From the NCBI GenBank assembly GCA_964016885.1, contig OZ024763.1, forward strand, positions 29,016,001-29,080,000: 64,000 nt of DNA, read 5' to 3'. The notes under the pieces are model-generated. The model was given only the letters and a program-made list of their open reading frames with translations, did no database searches and was not told the origin of the DNA. The stretch is from Eledone cirrhosa. Taxonomy: Eukaryota. Each line of letters opens with the position of its first letter. The stretch's first letter is position 1. The translations under genes were made by a program, and so were the position numbers. Positions 27,310 to 43,814 of the stretch are shown in pieces.

Positions 27310-27350
27310 GGGGCTTAACGTTTCGGACAATAGCGCTTCATCAAAAGATA
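27310..27350 (-). ncRNA. Degenerate minimal hammerhead (GAAACGUU family; core C3U)
   Basis: Reverse complement: cuu-UUGAUGA-agcgcuauugucc-GAAA-CG-UU|aag. Confidence 0.4.
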
Positions 27351-27385
27351 GAATAAGTTGTAATAAAATTATATATAAAATTTAT

Positions 27386-27458
<73 letters not shown>

Positions 27459-27506
27459 TGCATGTCGATGAATGCAGAACACACACACACATATATATAT
27501 ATATAC

Positions 27507-27566
<60 letters not shown>

Positions 27567-27580
27567 GTGTATATATATAC

Positions 27581-27629
<49 letters not shown>

Positions 27630-27990
27630 TGTGTGTTTATTGGCTATTAGTGGTGGGTCGGGGCGCATGCCTAGAGAAGAATGATAGGGTATAGAGGAGC
27701 TGTAGAAATATAGCAATGTTGGTGGGGGGGGGGTGGATCAAAAGGATGGATCCCTTGAGAACAAGGATTAGTTCATTCAATCTATTTTCATACGAATACA
27801 TATTCAATGGCTCGGGCGAAATGTGTACATGTGTGTGTGTGTGGTGTGTGTGAGTGTGTGTGTAAGTATGTATGTGTGTGTGTGTGTGTGTGTGTGCATA
27901 TATTGATTTACCTCTGTTTTGCATTTTCTGTCATTTGTTCTTGCAAATACACCTATAAATGTGTTTCTGTGTGTATATATATGTATATAT

Positions 27991-28054
<64 letters not shown>

Positions 28055-28074
28055 ATATGGATGTATATATATAC

Positions 28075-28110
<36 letters not shown>

Positions 28111-28210
28111 GTATATATATATATATATATATACGTATATATATATATATATATATATACGTATATATATATATATATATATATACGTATATATTTATAT
28201 ATATATATAC

Positions 28211-28246
<36 letters not shown>

Positions 28247-28413
28247 GCATATATATATATATATATATATATATACGTATATATATATATATATATATAT
28301 ATACGTATATATATATATATATATATATACGTATATATATATATATATACGTATATATATATATATATATATACGTATATATATATATATATATATACGT
28401 ATATATATATACG

Positions 28414-28600
<187 letters not shown>

Positions 28601-28657
28601 TTATGTGTGTATATATATATATATATATATGTGTGTGTATGTGTGTGTGTGTGTGTA

Positions 28658-28710
<53 letters not shown>

Positions 28711-29019
28711 GTGTGTGTATACATATATATGTATGCGTCTGTGTGTGTGTATATTTATATGTATGCGTGTGTGTGTGTATGAATATATATATATATATAT
28801 ATATACAGTCACACACACACTTTCGTGAAAGCCAATCCAAAACCTTCTTCAAGAAAAAATATTAATACACAATCTTTCATATAGAAATTGTATATTTATA
28901 ATCATATTTAAAATTATATATTTATATATGCATTCGGATGCTGTACAACGCTGTGTGTATAGACATATGAAATTGTGTATGCATAACTTCGTAGATATAT
29001 ATATACACACCCACATATA

Positions 29020-29068
<49 letters not shown>

Positions 29069-29126
29069 ATGTGTGTGTGTGTGTATGTATATAATCATAT
29101 ATATGTGTATATGTATAATATATAAA

Positions 29127-29198
<72 letters not shown>

Positions 29199-29232
29199 TA
29201 TACATATATGTATATATATATATGAATATACA

Positions 29233-29284
<52 letters not shown>

Positions 29285-29318
29285 TATACATATATGTATA
29301 TATATATATGAATATACA

Positions 29319-29364
<46 letters not shown>

Positions 29365-29461
29365 TATACATATATGAATATATGTATATTCATATATATA
29401 TATATATATACATATATACATATATGTATATTCATATATATATATACATATATGTATATTC

Positions 29462-29492
<31 letters not shown>

Positions 29493-29509
29493 TACATATA
29501 TGTATATTC

Positions 29510-29540
<31 letters not shown>

Positions 29541-29554
29541 TACATATATGTATA

Positions 29555-29626
<72 letters not shown>

Positions 29627-30042
29627 TATATATACATTTATATACACACATACATTCACAAATCATATGAATATAAATGACCATTGTTGAATCTCAATCG
29701 TCCAATACAGTTCCTTCCTTGTTTGAATGTAAATATTGTTACACACAAAAACCCCCAATAACAGCATACCTTCATATTGGATTCCTTTCGTCGAGATTCT
29801 CGCCTTTCTTTTTTAAATGTTTTCGTCGGCCATTTTGAATGCAATTTTCTTCTATGTATTTCTTTCATTTTTCCTTCATATCTTTCATTTATTCATTATT
29901 TTATTCGTTTGTTTTATTGATTATGTGTCCTTTCCTCAATCTATTCCGCCATCTTGTGTTTTTTTATTTTTTACTCTTTTGTTTTTCTTCTTCTCTGTTT
30001 TTACTTTTTGTTCTCTCTTTCCTATCCTTTTCTTCCTGTCAT

Positions 30043-30106
<64 letters not shown>

Positions 30107-30275
30107 TCCTTCTTTCTAATATTTCTCCTTTCTTTCTTTCTCTCTTCTTTCTTTCTCTCTTCTTTCTTTTATTCTTTCAAATATTCATTTTTCTTTCTCT
30201 TTCCTTTTTTCTTTCCTCTGATATCCTTTCTTTCTATATAACAATTTCATTCTCTCATTATTTCTTTCATTATTT

Positions 30276-30460
30276 CGGTGAATTGGCAGGTAGAGCGTCA
30301 GACGCCATGCTTTGCAGCATATAGTTATGGCCCTTTCCATTCTGAGTTCAAATCCCGTCGAGGTTAACTTTGCCTTTCATCCTTACGGTGTCGATGATAT
30401 AAAGTACCAGTAATGTACTGGAATAATTGCTGGCCTTGAGCCAAAAATAGAGACAATTAT
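30276..30460 (+). mobile_element. SINE family 2 with candidate 13-bp TSD
   Basis: Same A/B boxes and domain as 6398. tatttctttcatt occurs at ~30259 and ~30458. Confidence 0.85.
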
Positions 30461-31212
30461 TTCTTTCATTTTTCCTTCATATCTTTCATTTGTTCCTTAT
30501 TTTATTCGTTTGTTTTATTGATTATATGTTCTTTCCTCAATATATTCCGCTATATTTATCTTGACATGTTTTTTCTCTTTCTTTTTGTACTGTTTTTCAT
30601 CTTCTATGATATTGTTGTTTTTTCTCTTTCCTTTCCTTTTCTTTCCTTTTCTTCCTTTCTTTCATTCTTTCTTTTTCTTTCGTTCTATTTTCTTTCTATC
30701 TTCTTTCTAATATTACTTCTTTCCTTCTTTGTAATATTTTTTCTTTCTTTCTAATATTTATTTCTTCTTTCTTGCTATCAATCTTGATTTCCTTCGTATT
30801 TCTGTTTCCCCTTCTTCTTCTTCTCAGTTCCAGTATTAGAGAATTTCTTTCTTTCTTTCCTTCCATTGCTGTTAACTTATCTCCTTCTTCGCTCTCCTCT
30901 AATTCATACATAGCTCTCATCGCGTTTATCTCATTTATTTTTTCAATCATTATTCTTTTCATTCATTTTCATTCAATACCTTTTACCTCATTGTTCATCT
31001 CACCATCTAATAGATACACACATACACACACACATACATACGCACATACACACTCATATCTACATATACATACACACAAACACACATACACACACATACA
31101 CACAAAACCCATATATATATATATATGCACACACATACGCAAACATATATAATTGCATATATTTATATATATATATATAATTGCATATATAAATATTCAT
31201 TCATCTCTCTCT

Positions 31213-31259
<47 letters not shown>

Positions 31260-31339
31260 AGTGTATGTTTATGAAATGATTCTTCTATACATACACACAA
31301 ATGTGTGCGTGTGTGTATGTATATGTGTGTGTATATATG

Positions 31340-31372
<33 letters not shown>

Positions 31373-31481
31373 TTGTTCATTTGTCTTTGTATGTATGTAT
31401 AGCAATCAATGTATCTATGTGTATCTATATATGTTTATGTGACTGTATATATGCGTATATATGTGAATGTGTGTGAGCACG

Positions 31482-31562
<81 letters not shown>

Positions 31563-31711
31563 ATGTGTGTTCCCTATTTGTATTCATATCATTAGATTGG
31601 CCCATAATACGGTATAAATCAGGAAACATAAAGGGAAGGTTCTCTATTTTACAGTTGGATCTATTGAAACACTTCTTCTATATTGGATATATATATATAT
31701 ATATAGGTGTG

Positions 31712-31742
<31 letters not shown>

Positions 31743-31777
31743 GTATATATATGTATATATATATGTATATATATATG

Positions 31778-31825
<48 letters not shown>

Positions 31826-31879
31826 AATATATATGTATATATATATATACATATATATGTATATGTATATATATAAATA

Positions 31880-31927
<48 letters not shown>

Positions 31928-31931
31928 AATA

Positions 31932-31991
<60 letters not shown>

Positions 31992-31995
31992 TTAA

Positions 31996-32035
<40 letters not shown>

Positions 32036-32184
32036 TATATTTATATATATGTATATGTATATATATATGTATATATATATATATAGATACATATAAATAT
32101 ACATATATATATGTATACACATATATATATACATATAAATATATACATATGAATATATACATATGTATATACATATATATATAT

Positions 32185-32215
<31 letters not shown>

Positions 32216-33132
32216 CAAGGTGTGTCAGAAAAGTTCCAGGACTGATGTCACAAAAGATATATTTCAAACCCAAACTTCACAATAAGAGTTTTCTCCTTCA
32301 AAGTAATCCCCCTGGAGGCTAATGCACTTTTCCATCCCTTTCTGCCACGCTTGCATGCACTCCTGAAAGAATTCTTCCGGGATCCTCCGCAGTTCCGTCG
32401 TCACGGCCTTTGTGATGTCGTCCACGTCTTCAAAACGGGGCCCCTCCAGGTCGTACTAAAAGATACACGACTCATCACCGGTAATGACTGTCCCTAGCAA
32501 GTCTGGTTCGGTTTCAAGACGCTCGAGGATGTCCTGGCACACTTGCATGCGTCGACCCTTCTGGTCATCGTTCAGCAGTTTTGGCACCATCTTCGCGCAG
32601 ACTTTCCGCATGTCCAAATCTTCAGTGAGAATCTTCCAGACGCTGTCCCGATTCATGCCCAGCTCATTTGTAATCAGTCGAACAGACAGCCGACGATAGC
32701 TACGCACCATCTGCCCGTGGCGCTCAACGTTGACCTCAGTCCTGGTTGTTGAGAGCCTTCCGCTCCTGGGGTCATCTTCCACGTCCTCGCGTCCTTCTTT
32801 AAACCCCTTGCACCACTCAAAAACACGTGAGCGTGACATCGCCTCATCTCCATACACTTGCTGCAGCAATCCCAGTGCTTCTGACGGAGTTTTTCCCAAC
32901 CGTACCAGAAACTTCAAGTTTGTTCGATGCTCTGTGTTCATTGCTTGACGACCTAAAACAGAGGACATGTATATAAAATTATGAAGAAAAAGGTTTGATC
33001 GCTGCAGAGAGCTAAGATTACAGTTACATACTCCAGGGGGATTACTTTGAAGGAGAAAACTCTTAGTGTGAAGTTTGGGTTTGAAATAAATCTTTTGTGA
33101 CATCAGTCCTGGAACTTTTCTGACACACCTCG
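32216..33132 (-). mobile_element. Internally deleted mariner (Tc1/mariner) transposon, ~102-bp TIRs, TA target
   Basis: TIRs 32216-32317 and 33031-33132 (caaggtgtgtcagaaaagttccaggactgatg...), flanked by TA within (TA)n. Confidence 0.92.
32264..32941 (-). pseudogene. Mariner transposase pseudogene (HTH domains plus first catalytic Asp, then stop and in-frame deletion)
   Basis: [11 protein letters not shown]...[34 protein letters not shown]...[11 protein letters not shown]...[13 protein letters not shown] joined directly to GPRFEDVDDI...[11 protein letters not shown]. The HDNA and YSPDL catalytic motifs are absent. Confidence 0.9.
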
Positions 33133-35038
<1,906 letters not shown>

Positions 35039-35210
35039 GGACCCCTTACATGGCCCTCAGGGAGATTCAGTGCTCATAGAAATATGTGAAGAAAAAACTC
35101 ATAATCGTTTCTGATTTAGGCACTATGCCATCAGTTTCGAGGGAAGGGAAAGTCGATGAAGTTGATCCCAGTACATGACTGGTACTTCATTTTATCGACC
35201 CCTTATTTTC

Positions 35211-35255
<45 letters not shown>

Positions 35256-35393
35256 GAAGAAGAAGAAGAAAAAGCAAGAAGAAGCCGAAGAAGCCGAAGA
35301 AGAAGAAGAAGAAGAAGAAGAAGAAGAAGAAGAAGAATGTGGTGATGAAAGAAGAGGACCAACAACAACAACATCAACAACGACAACGACGAA

Positions 35394-35489
<96 letters not shown>

Positions 35490-35711
35490 AGAAGAAGAAT
35501 GTGTAGAATGAAACCAGAAGAAGAATGTGTATGCGAATGTGAAGGAATAAAGCGATTTAAGGAGAAGAAAGGGGCTGCCATTGATGGCAATAAAAATTGA
35601 TTCCCGATTCCCGTTGCAATGGATCAAACAAGGGTAGAAGTGGCGAAAAGTGAGGCAGGATCAAACAACAAACCGACAATTCCAATTGCCGGGATCAAAC
35701 AGACTTGGTCA

Positions 35712-36745
35712 ATCGTATTTCTCACTAGATGACAAACCAATCACGTAAAGAATAAATAAATAAAATAACATTAAATAACAATAAAATATAATAAAATATA
35801 ATAAAATATAATAAAATATAATAAAATAAATAAATAAATAACGTAAAATAATATAAAATAAATAAATAAATAAATAAATAAAATAAAATTACGTAAAATA
35901 AAATAAATAAATAAATAAAAGTACATAAAATAAAAGAAAGAAAGAATGAAATGAATGAATGAAGGAATAAAAAGTTTTTTTTCTTCCCTCTGTCATACTC
36001 TTACAGAGAAATCCGAGGTAACAACAACAATAACGACAACAACAACAACAGAAGCAACAATAACTACAACAACAATGACAAAAACAGCAACAATAACATC
36101 AACAATGACAACAGCAACGACACAACAACAACAATATCGACAACAGCAACAATAACTACAACAATGACAGCAACAACAATGACGACAACAGCAACAATGA
36201 AAACAACAACAACAGCAACAACAACAACAGCAACAGCAACAATAACGACAACAACAACAACGACCACAACAACAAGAACAACAACAACAATAACGACAGA
36301 AATGACAACAGCAACAACAACAGCAACAATAATGACAACAATAACAACAACAACAACAACGACCACAACAACAACCACACCAACGACAACAAGAACAACA
36401 ACAGCACCAATGACAATACAAACAATAACAAGAACAATGACAACAACAACAGCAGCAATAACGACAACAATGAAAACAACAACAGCAACAATAACCACAA
36501 CAACAACCACACCAACGATCGTATTTCTCACTAGATGACAATCCAATCACAATAAAAATTAAAAAAATAAATAAAAGAAAATGAAAAGAAAAGAAAGAAA
36601 GAAAGAAAGAGAGCGAGAAAGGAAATAAGAAAGAAAGAGAGGAAGAAAATAAGAAAGTAAGAAAGAAAGAAAGAGAGAAATGAATGAAGGAATAAACATT
36701 TTTTTCCCTCTCAAATTCTTAGAGAGAAAACCGAGGTAACAACAA
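35712..36745 (+). repeat. Old ~800-bp tandem duplication with independently expanded microsatellites
   Basis: atcgtatttctcactagatgaca at ~35712 and ~36518. aatgaatgaaggaataaa...ccgaggtaacaacaaca at ~35954-36025 and ~36679-36745. Confidence 0.7.
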
Positions 36746-37096
36746 CAACAACAACAACAGCAGTAGTTATATAAATTACATTAACCGCCCCCCCCCCTCA
36801 CCCCACGAAAAAAGTAACAACAATAACAACAACAACAACAGCAGCAATATGAATTGTAAAAGACCTGTAAACAGTAACAATATAACAACAACAGCAACAA
36901 CATCAACAACAATAACAATAACAACAGCAGCAATATAAATAGCATTAAACTGCAAAAAACAGTAACAACAACAACAACAACAGCAACAGCAGCATAAACA
37001 ACAACAATAGACACGGTGACAGCAGCAGCAATAACAGCAGCAGTAATAACGACAGCAACATCAGCAGGAAAAGCGATAACAACAGCAACAATAGCT

Positions 37097-37212
37097 ATTT
37101 CTACTTTTGGCACAAGGCCGGCAAATTACCCCAGTACATTACTGGTACTTTATTTTATCGACGTCATAAGGATGAAAGGCAAAGTTAACCTCGGCGGGAT
37201 TTGAACTCAGAA
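37097..37212 (-). mobile_element. SINE family 2, partial
   Basis: ggcacaaggcc...actggtactttattttatcgac...ggatgaaaggcaaagttaacctcggcgggatttgaactcaga. Confidence 0.85.
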
Positions 37213-37314
37213 CAGCAGCAGTAATAACAGCAACAATAACAACGGCAACAACAACAGCAGGAAGGGCTATTAAAAATAAAGCTGTTAGTTTAACACGTGA
37301 TATATTGGGAAAAG

Positions 37315-37355
37315 GGTCTTAACGTTTCGGTCAATAGACGTTCTTCAGAAGGTAG
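37315..37355 (-). ncRNA. Minimal hammerhead motif (GAAACGUU family)
   Basis: Reverse complement: cuu-CUGAAGA-acGUCuauuGACc-GAAA-CG-UU|aag. Palindromic ACGU helix III, 3-bp helix I. Confidence 0.55.
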
Positions 37356-37468
37356 AATGAGAAGTAAAAGACGAAAAGAGAAGTAGAAAAATAGAAAAAG
37401 AGTGGCAGGAAAGGAAAGGAAAAACGAATTTTGAGAAAAAACGCGTGAATCAGTCAGTTATTTTGGAG

Positions 37469-37501
<33 letters not shown>

Positions 37502-37529
37502 AACAAAAGATGGTTAAAAGAGTTCCATG

Positions 37530-37600
37530 TATTTTATTATGCGCATTTCAAAAACAAATATCATCATGCAATAATATTTGTGTTTTCATCAGATAAAATA
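37530..37600 (-). ncRNA. Type I hammerhead ribozyme motif, palindromic helix III
   Basis: Reverse complement: UAUUUUAU-CUGAUGA-[AAACACAAAUAUUAUUGCAUGAUGAUAUUUGUUUUU]-GAAA-UGCGCA-UA|AUAAAAUA. Helix I 8 bp perfect, long helix II, AUGCGCAU palindrome. Confidence 0.85.
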
Positions 37601-37669
37601 GGAAGACATGATATGAAGGTTAAAAAACACTATCCACAAGTGTTTTTTAACCTTCATATCATGTTCTCC

Positions 37670-37740
37670 TATTTTATCTTATGAAAACACAAATATTATT
37701 GCATGATGATATTTGTTTTTGAAATGCGCATAATAAAATA
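37670..37740 (+). ncRNA. Inverted copy of the hammerhead with core mutation (CUUAUGA, G5U), predicted inactive
   Basis: Identical to 37530-37600 except CTTATGA at 37678-37684. Confidence 0.7.
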
Positions 37741-37866
37741 CATGGAACTCTTTTAACCATCTTTTGTTCTTATATATTATGTATACTCCAGTCCTACAAA
37801 CTGTAGAGTGCTTCTTATCCGATATCTGCATTGCTTTATTGTACTACAATAAAACTCACCTCCTAC

Positions 37867-37897
<31 letters not shown>

Positions 37898-37959
37898 ATT
37901 GGTGCTGGATTAATCTTATTCATATTCATCGCAGAACTGATTCTCCGTTTCTTATGTAC

Positions 37960-38292
<333 letters not shown>

Positions 38293-38400
38293 TCTATATC
38301 AGATTAGTGACTGGTATTAAAGCGTCTCCACTATGTAGTGATGGCCATAACTAGACCCCGAAATCTAAAGTCGTACATATATGTAAAGTGTTATATATAT

Positions 38401-38445
<45 letters not shown>

Positions 38446-38446
<1 letters not shown>

Positions 38447-38710
38447 TTCTTTATTTACCATAAAGGCATAAAAAGAAGGGACAAATATAAAGGGGGAGTT
38501 TACATATAATCGAGTAAAAAGGGTGTAACATGAAAATAATCGAAAATAACCTCAAAAGGGAGGGGACGTGATGGGGGTTGCACACACCCCCGAAAAAGTG
38601 TGCAATCCTTTGCCCGGGGAGCACATGGAGAAGGTGCTTCCCTCTCCTTTACTTCTTTACCTACAGGATGGTATACAGAGAAGGCCCATTTACACGAGCC
38701 ATTCTCGCCT
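38446..38710 (-). mobile_element. 3' end of a non-LTR retrotransposon (probably L1/Tx1-like) inserted in (GATA)n
   Basis: Reverse complement: ORF end [15 protein letters not shown], ~215-nt 3' UTR, AATAAA, then (TCTA)n. (GATA)n on both flanks (38402-38446 and 38711-38746). Clade assignment tentative. Confidence 0.55.
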
Positions 38711-38747
<37 letters not shown>

Positions 38748-38813
38748 CAGAATGGATGCAGTGAAAATCTGCTGTTTAATTGGCAGGAGCTCAGCCGTCG
38801 GGGTCCCGACTTC

Positions 38814-38873
<60 letters not shown>

Positions 38874-39010
38874 AGCATGTATATATGTATGTATATATCT
38901 ACATAAATATATAAATGTACATACATATATATGTATATATATATATATATATGTACATACATACGTATAAATATATATGTATGTATATATACATATGCAC
39001 ATGCATACAT

Positions 39011-39064
<54 letters not shown>

Positions 39065-39385
39065 GTACATACATACATTAAAAAAAAAATATATATATAT
39101 ATATATACATATACACATATGTACATACATAAATATATATATATATATATATACATAAATATATATATATATATATATCAATTAATCCACAACGAGATTG
39201 TTTATATAATATATAGAAATAATAAGGCGGTGATACTTTGAAAGCCCCGGCATCATTAAATAACCTTGACCTATCTGGGTCATGGTAACAATTGAAATAT
39301 ATACACAGTCACTCAGGAATTAAACCCCTAAATATATTTACATTATACACACATATATATGGACATCATACATACATACACACAC

Positions 39386-39463
<78 letters not shown>

Positions 39464-39571
39464 TTATATATATATACATACCCACACACATTTAATTATA
39501 TATATATACATATATATATATATATGAATATACATATATGTACACACACACATATACATATATATATATTC

Positions 39572-39612
<41 letters not shown>

Positions 39613-39648
39613 GGTGTGTATATATGTATATAAGTATTCACATATATC

Positions 39649-39748
<100 letters not shown>

Positions 39749-39935
39749 TATGATATATGTATGTATAATCAGACATATATACACGTACCCACATATGCCA
39801 ACATCTGGACAAAACCTACCCTCACACAAATGTAGTTATATTGAATATAAGGATCGAGAAATTAAAGAAAAATAACAACATAAAAACTAAAACCACGAAA
39901 ACAACAACAATAACAACAACACAATAGTATTGAAG

Positions 39936-40020
<85 letters not shown>

Positions 40021-40592
40021 CCGCCGCCATCATCGCGATATAACCACTCTAGCTTCCGTATGGTGGATGTTTATGAAAAGCTACTCTAATCTTTGACCTT
40101 GCATACATATAATCAAGAGTTCACTTCCCCTGGTAAAAAGATCTCATGCCATTCCTTATCAGAGGGTCATTAGATCACATATGTGACACAGTGATTCGTC
40201 CCTTCCACCCCCACACATCGCACTTTCTCCTACCTATACAAACAGACGCACACACATCGCACTTTCTCATACACATATACACGTGTATATATTTTACATG
40301 TACGCATTATCCGCTATCTTGCTGGACCCAACTCAACGTGTGCGCAGTATGAACATACTTACACTAAATGGCATGTTGATATTTTTTTCAAATATGTTTC
40401 GTTATATATATGTAACTAAGCAGGGTATATATTACTACATATGTCCACCATAAAATTCTATAGATTGTGCCTAAAAAACTCTAATACTGTATATATGTAT
40501 GTAGCATGGCGTATATATATATATGTGTGTATGTATGTAACATGGCGTATATATATATATATGTGTGTGTATGTATGTAACATGGCGTATAT

Positions 40593-40842
40593 CATTGCCG
40601 AGGATGGTTAAGATTTGCAGGACGTTTCTGGAGAAATAAGCAGGAAGTTATACACAAGTTACAATTGTGGGAACCAACTCATGGGATACACAGTAGAGGA
40701 AGACCTGCTTGAACCTTCATTGATCATCTCTGAGACGATACAAAGTTCAGTAGGGAGCAGTTGCCAGGAGCAATGGAAAATCGTGGATTGTGGAGAGACT
40801 TTGTCAAGAATGTGCATCCGTGATCGAAATGTTGATGAGGAT
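40593..40842 (+). pseudogene. RTE-clade LINE ORF2 C-terminal remnant (not in ORF track)
   Basis: Manual translation: WLRFAGRFWRNKQEVIHKLQLWEPTHGIHSRGRPA*TFIDHL*DDTKF...AMENRGLWRDFV, matching the RTE RLRxAGH / RxRGRP / DRxxWR pattern. Degenerate (TGA)-type tail. Confidence 0.75.
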
Positions 40843-41236
40843 CAAAGTTTTGCAGCCAATCTTTTATTTTTATCCGAATTGACAAGATCTCAGACCTCGT
40901 TCAGTTGCCGAATGGGGTGGAGCTCATCCAAATAGGACTAAAAAGCAAGGTTTCCATTGATATTTCCAATTGCACATAGTTTCTACTGGTAGCAACTCCT
41001 GGCAGAAGGATCAACATGAAATAAAGAATTGGTTGCCATTTATATTTTTAGTTGATCATGTGATCAGAAAAATCCCAGTCCTGGCCACACCGCGATTGTG
41101 GTATATTTTGAACTGCAATTAAAAAATCTGTTATATTTTTATTAATTTTTTTTTTTTTTTTTACAATTTTTCAAAGATTGGTAGGGTATGATTTGATGGG
41201 GTAGGGAGTACATTTTTGGGGTCATTTTTTTAATTT

Positions 41237-41470
41237 CTAGCAGATCACCTGATCAAAAGCATTCCAGTCATGACCACACCACCGTTGTATATATCTAGGA
41301 CTACATTTCTGAATCTGTTCTTTCTTCTTTCTTTTATTTTTATCAATTCTTTTATCATAGAAGATGGTAGTGTATGACTTGATGATGGTGATGATGGCGG
41401 TGGTGGTGGTGATTTTGCTGCCCCCTTTTTTTTTTATTTTCCAGCAGGTCAAGCGATTGCATAGAGTCAG
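41237..41470 (-). mobile_element. Interspersed repeat (SINE-like, family 3), inverted homolog of 50748-51050
   Basis: Shared tttgacctg...aaatagca and gaatgc(c/t)tttgatca/g blocks. Confidence 0.55.
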
Positions 41471-42208
41471 TCACTTCACCCTTTCTCTATATATTTGTGG
41501 TCTTTTATTGTTTTTGTAGCCTTTTTTATGTTTCTCTCTGTGTTTGTGGTTTCGTAACAATGATGTCTGGCTTGTTAGCCTTTATCATACTGTCAGTATT
41601 TACACCAATATTTCATATTACTGAGGGGTCCTGTCACTTTAGTTATTTATTTATTTGTTTGTTTGCTTATTTTGTTTTCTGCGTTTCGGAATTTATATTT
41701 TTATTATTACTATTTTTTACATTCTGTCTTTCATTTCAAACACAATTTTTTTCTGATATGGTGCTGGTAACATTTGTTCTCGTCTCTATTCATTTTGTGA
41801 CAAAATTTTAGTTAAAATTATTGCCTGTCCTTCAAATGTACATTAGTTATTATTATTATTATTATTGTTGTTATTACTAATATTGTTATTACTACAACTA
41901 ATATTAATATTATTATTTACAAATACATTATTGTTATCATTACTAATATTATTATTATTATTATGTTGTTGTTGCTGTTTTCTGCCCGCTTTCCAAATTC
42001 TTTGTCAAAAAATAATACACACACATACACAGAAACAAATAAAACACTCACACACACACAAAAAAATGAAACAAATATAAAAAAAAAAACAACACCAAAA
42101 GCCGTTCCACCATTTTTGCAATTTGTCCCTGAAATATCTCCCTTCCGTTGCCCTTGTGGCAACAAAAAAGAAAAAAGGACCCATTATTGTTAAAGGTTAT
42201 TTGCTATA

Positions 42209-42258
<50 letters not shown>

Positions 42259-43189
42259 GTCATTTAAAAAAAACAAAGAAAAAATATCTTTTTGAAATAT
42301 TTCGTAACATTTTTATTTTAACATTTTTTTTCCTGTGATTATTATTATTTTATTTATTTTTATTATTTTTTTCAAAATTTTGATTTAAGAGATTAAGAAA
42401 AAAATTTGAAACGTTACGGTTGCTGTTGTTATTGTTGTTGTTGTGGTGGTGCTGTTGTTGTGGTGGTGGTGTTATTTTTGCTGTTGATGTTGTTGCTGTT
42501 GGTGGTGTTGCTATTGTTGTTGTTACTGTTGTTGTTGTGTTGGTGTTGTTTTTGCTGTTGATGTTGTTGCTGTTGGTTGTGTTGCTATTGTTGTTGTTAC
42601 TGTTGTTGTTGTGTTGGTGTTATTTTTGCTGTTGATGTTGTTGTTGCTGTTGTTATTGTTGTTGTTGGTGGTGTTGCTGTTGATGTTGCTGTTGTTGCAG
42701 TTGTGGTGTTGTTCTTGTGGTGGTGGTGGTGGTGTTGCTGTTGTTGCTGTTGGCGGTGTTGCTGTTGTTGTTGGTGGTGGTGCTGTTGTTGGTGATCTTA
42801 GTGATGTTGCTATTTGTGGTGTTGCTGTTGTTGTTGGTGGTGCTGCTGCTGTTGTTGTTGTTGCTATTCCTGGCGTTGCCATTGCTAGTGTTGTTGTGGT
42901 GGTGCTGTTTCGCATTTATGTTTGTTCTGGTTCCTAGCGTTTCTATTGAGATGATGGTGATTTTCTTGTTGTTGTTGTGGTTGGTGTTACTAGTGGTGGT
43001 GGTTGGTGTTGGTGGTGTTGTTGGGTCAGGTTTTCTTTCTGTTAGTAGCGGAAGTGTTGTTGTTCCTGTAAATTCTTGCAGGTAGTGATGTGGTTTTTTT
43101 TTTACTGTTTTATGTTACTGTGGCTGTTGTTGTTGCTTACTACATTCTACTACTACTACTACTACTATTACTACTACTACTATTATCAT

Positions 43190-43525
43190 CAAAGTACCAA
43201 AGCCTTGTGCGAAAAGTAGAAACAATTATTATTACGGGGTCGATAAAATGAAGTACCAGTAATACACTGGGTTATTGCTGGCCTTGTGCCTAACGTAGAA
43301 ACAATTATTATTATTATTATTGTTAGTGGATTGGCAGTATCGGTAGAGCGTCGGACAACCTGCTTCTCGGCATATAGTTAAAGGCCCTTTACGTTCTGAG
43401 TTCAAATCCCTTCATTTTTACAGGGTCGATAAAATAAAGTACCAGTAATGCACTGGGGTCGATTTCATCGACTTTCCCCTCCCTCAAGATTGCTGACCTT
43501 CTGCCTAAATCAGAAACCATTATTA
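43190..43525 (+). mobile_element. Cluster of SINE family 2 fragments plus one near-complete copy (43326-43525)
   Basis: ggggtcgataaaat-aagtaccagt domain, gccttgtgcctaa 3' end and (ATT)n tails. Confidence 0.8.
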
Positions 43526-43598
43526 TTTATTATTGGTGGTAGTAGCATCAGTGGTGGTGGTAATGATAGTAGTATTACTACCAATAATAGTTGTAGTT

Positions 43599-43657
<59 letters not shown>

Positions 43658-43746
43658 CTCCTCTTCTCTCTCTCTTTCACTACCTCCCCCTCTCTCTCCT
43701 TTTCTCTCTCCCTCTCTCTCTCTCCCTTTATATCTCTCTCACTACC

Positions 43747-43814
<68 letters not shown>

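Larger units (their letters stand above)
37494..37776. mobile_element. ~137-bp-arm near-perfect palindrome (PLE-like inverted pLTR) in (TA)n
   Basis: Arms ~37494-37630 and ~37640-37776, loop tatccacaa, only a few mismatches. Confidence 0.9.

Noticed and set aside
23860-27318. Array of 106-aa ORFs that look like a tandem gene family
   Set aside because: Artefact of a 131-bp (non-multiple-of-3) satellite. The ORFs overlap and start at non-ATG codons.
40615-40935. 106-aa ORF from the track
   Set aside because: Wrong frame. The meaningful reading is the stop-interrupted RTE remnant in another frame.
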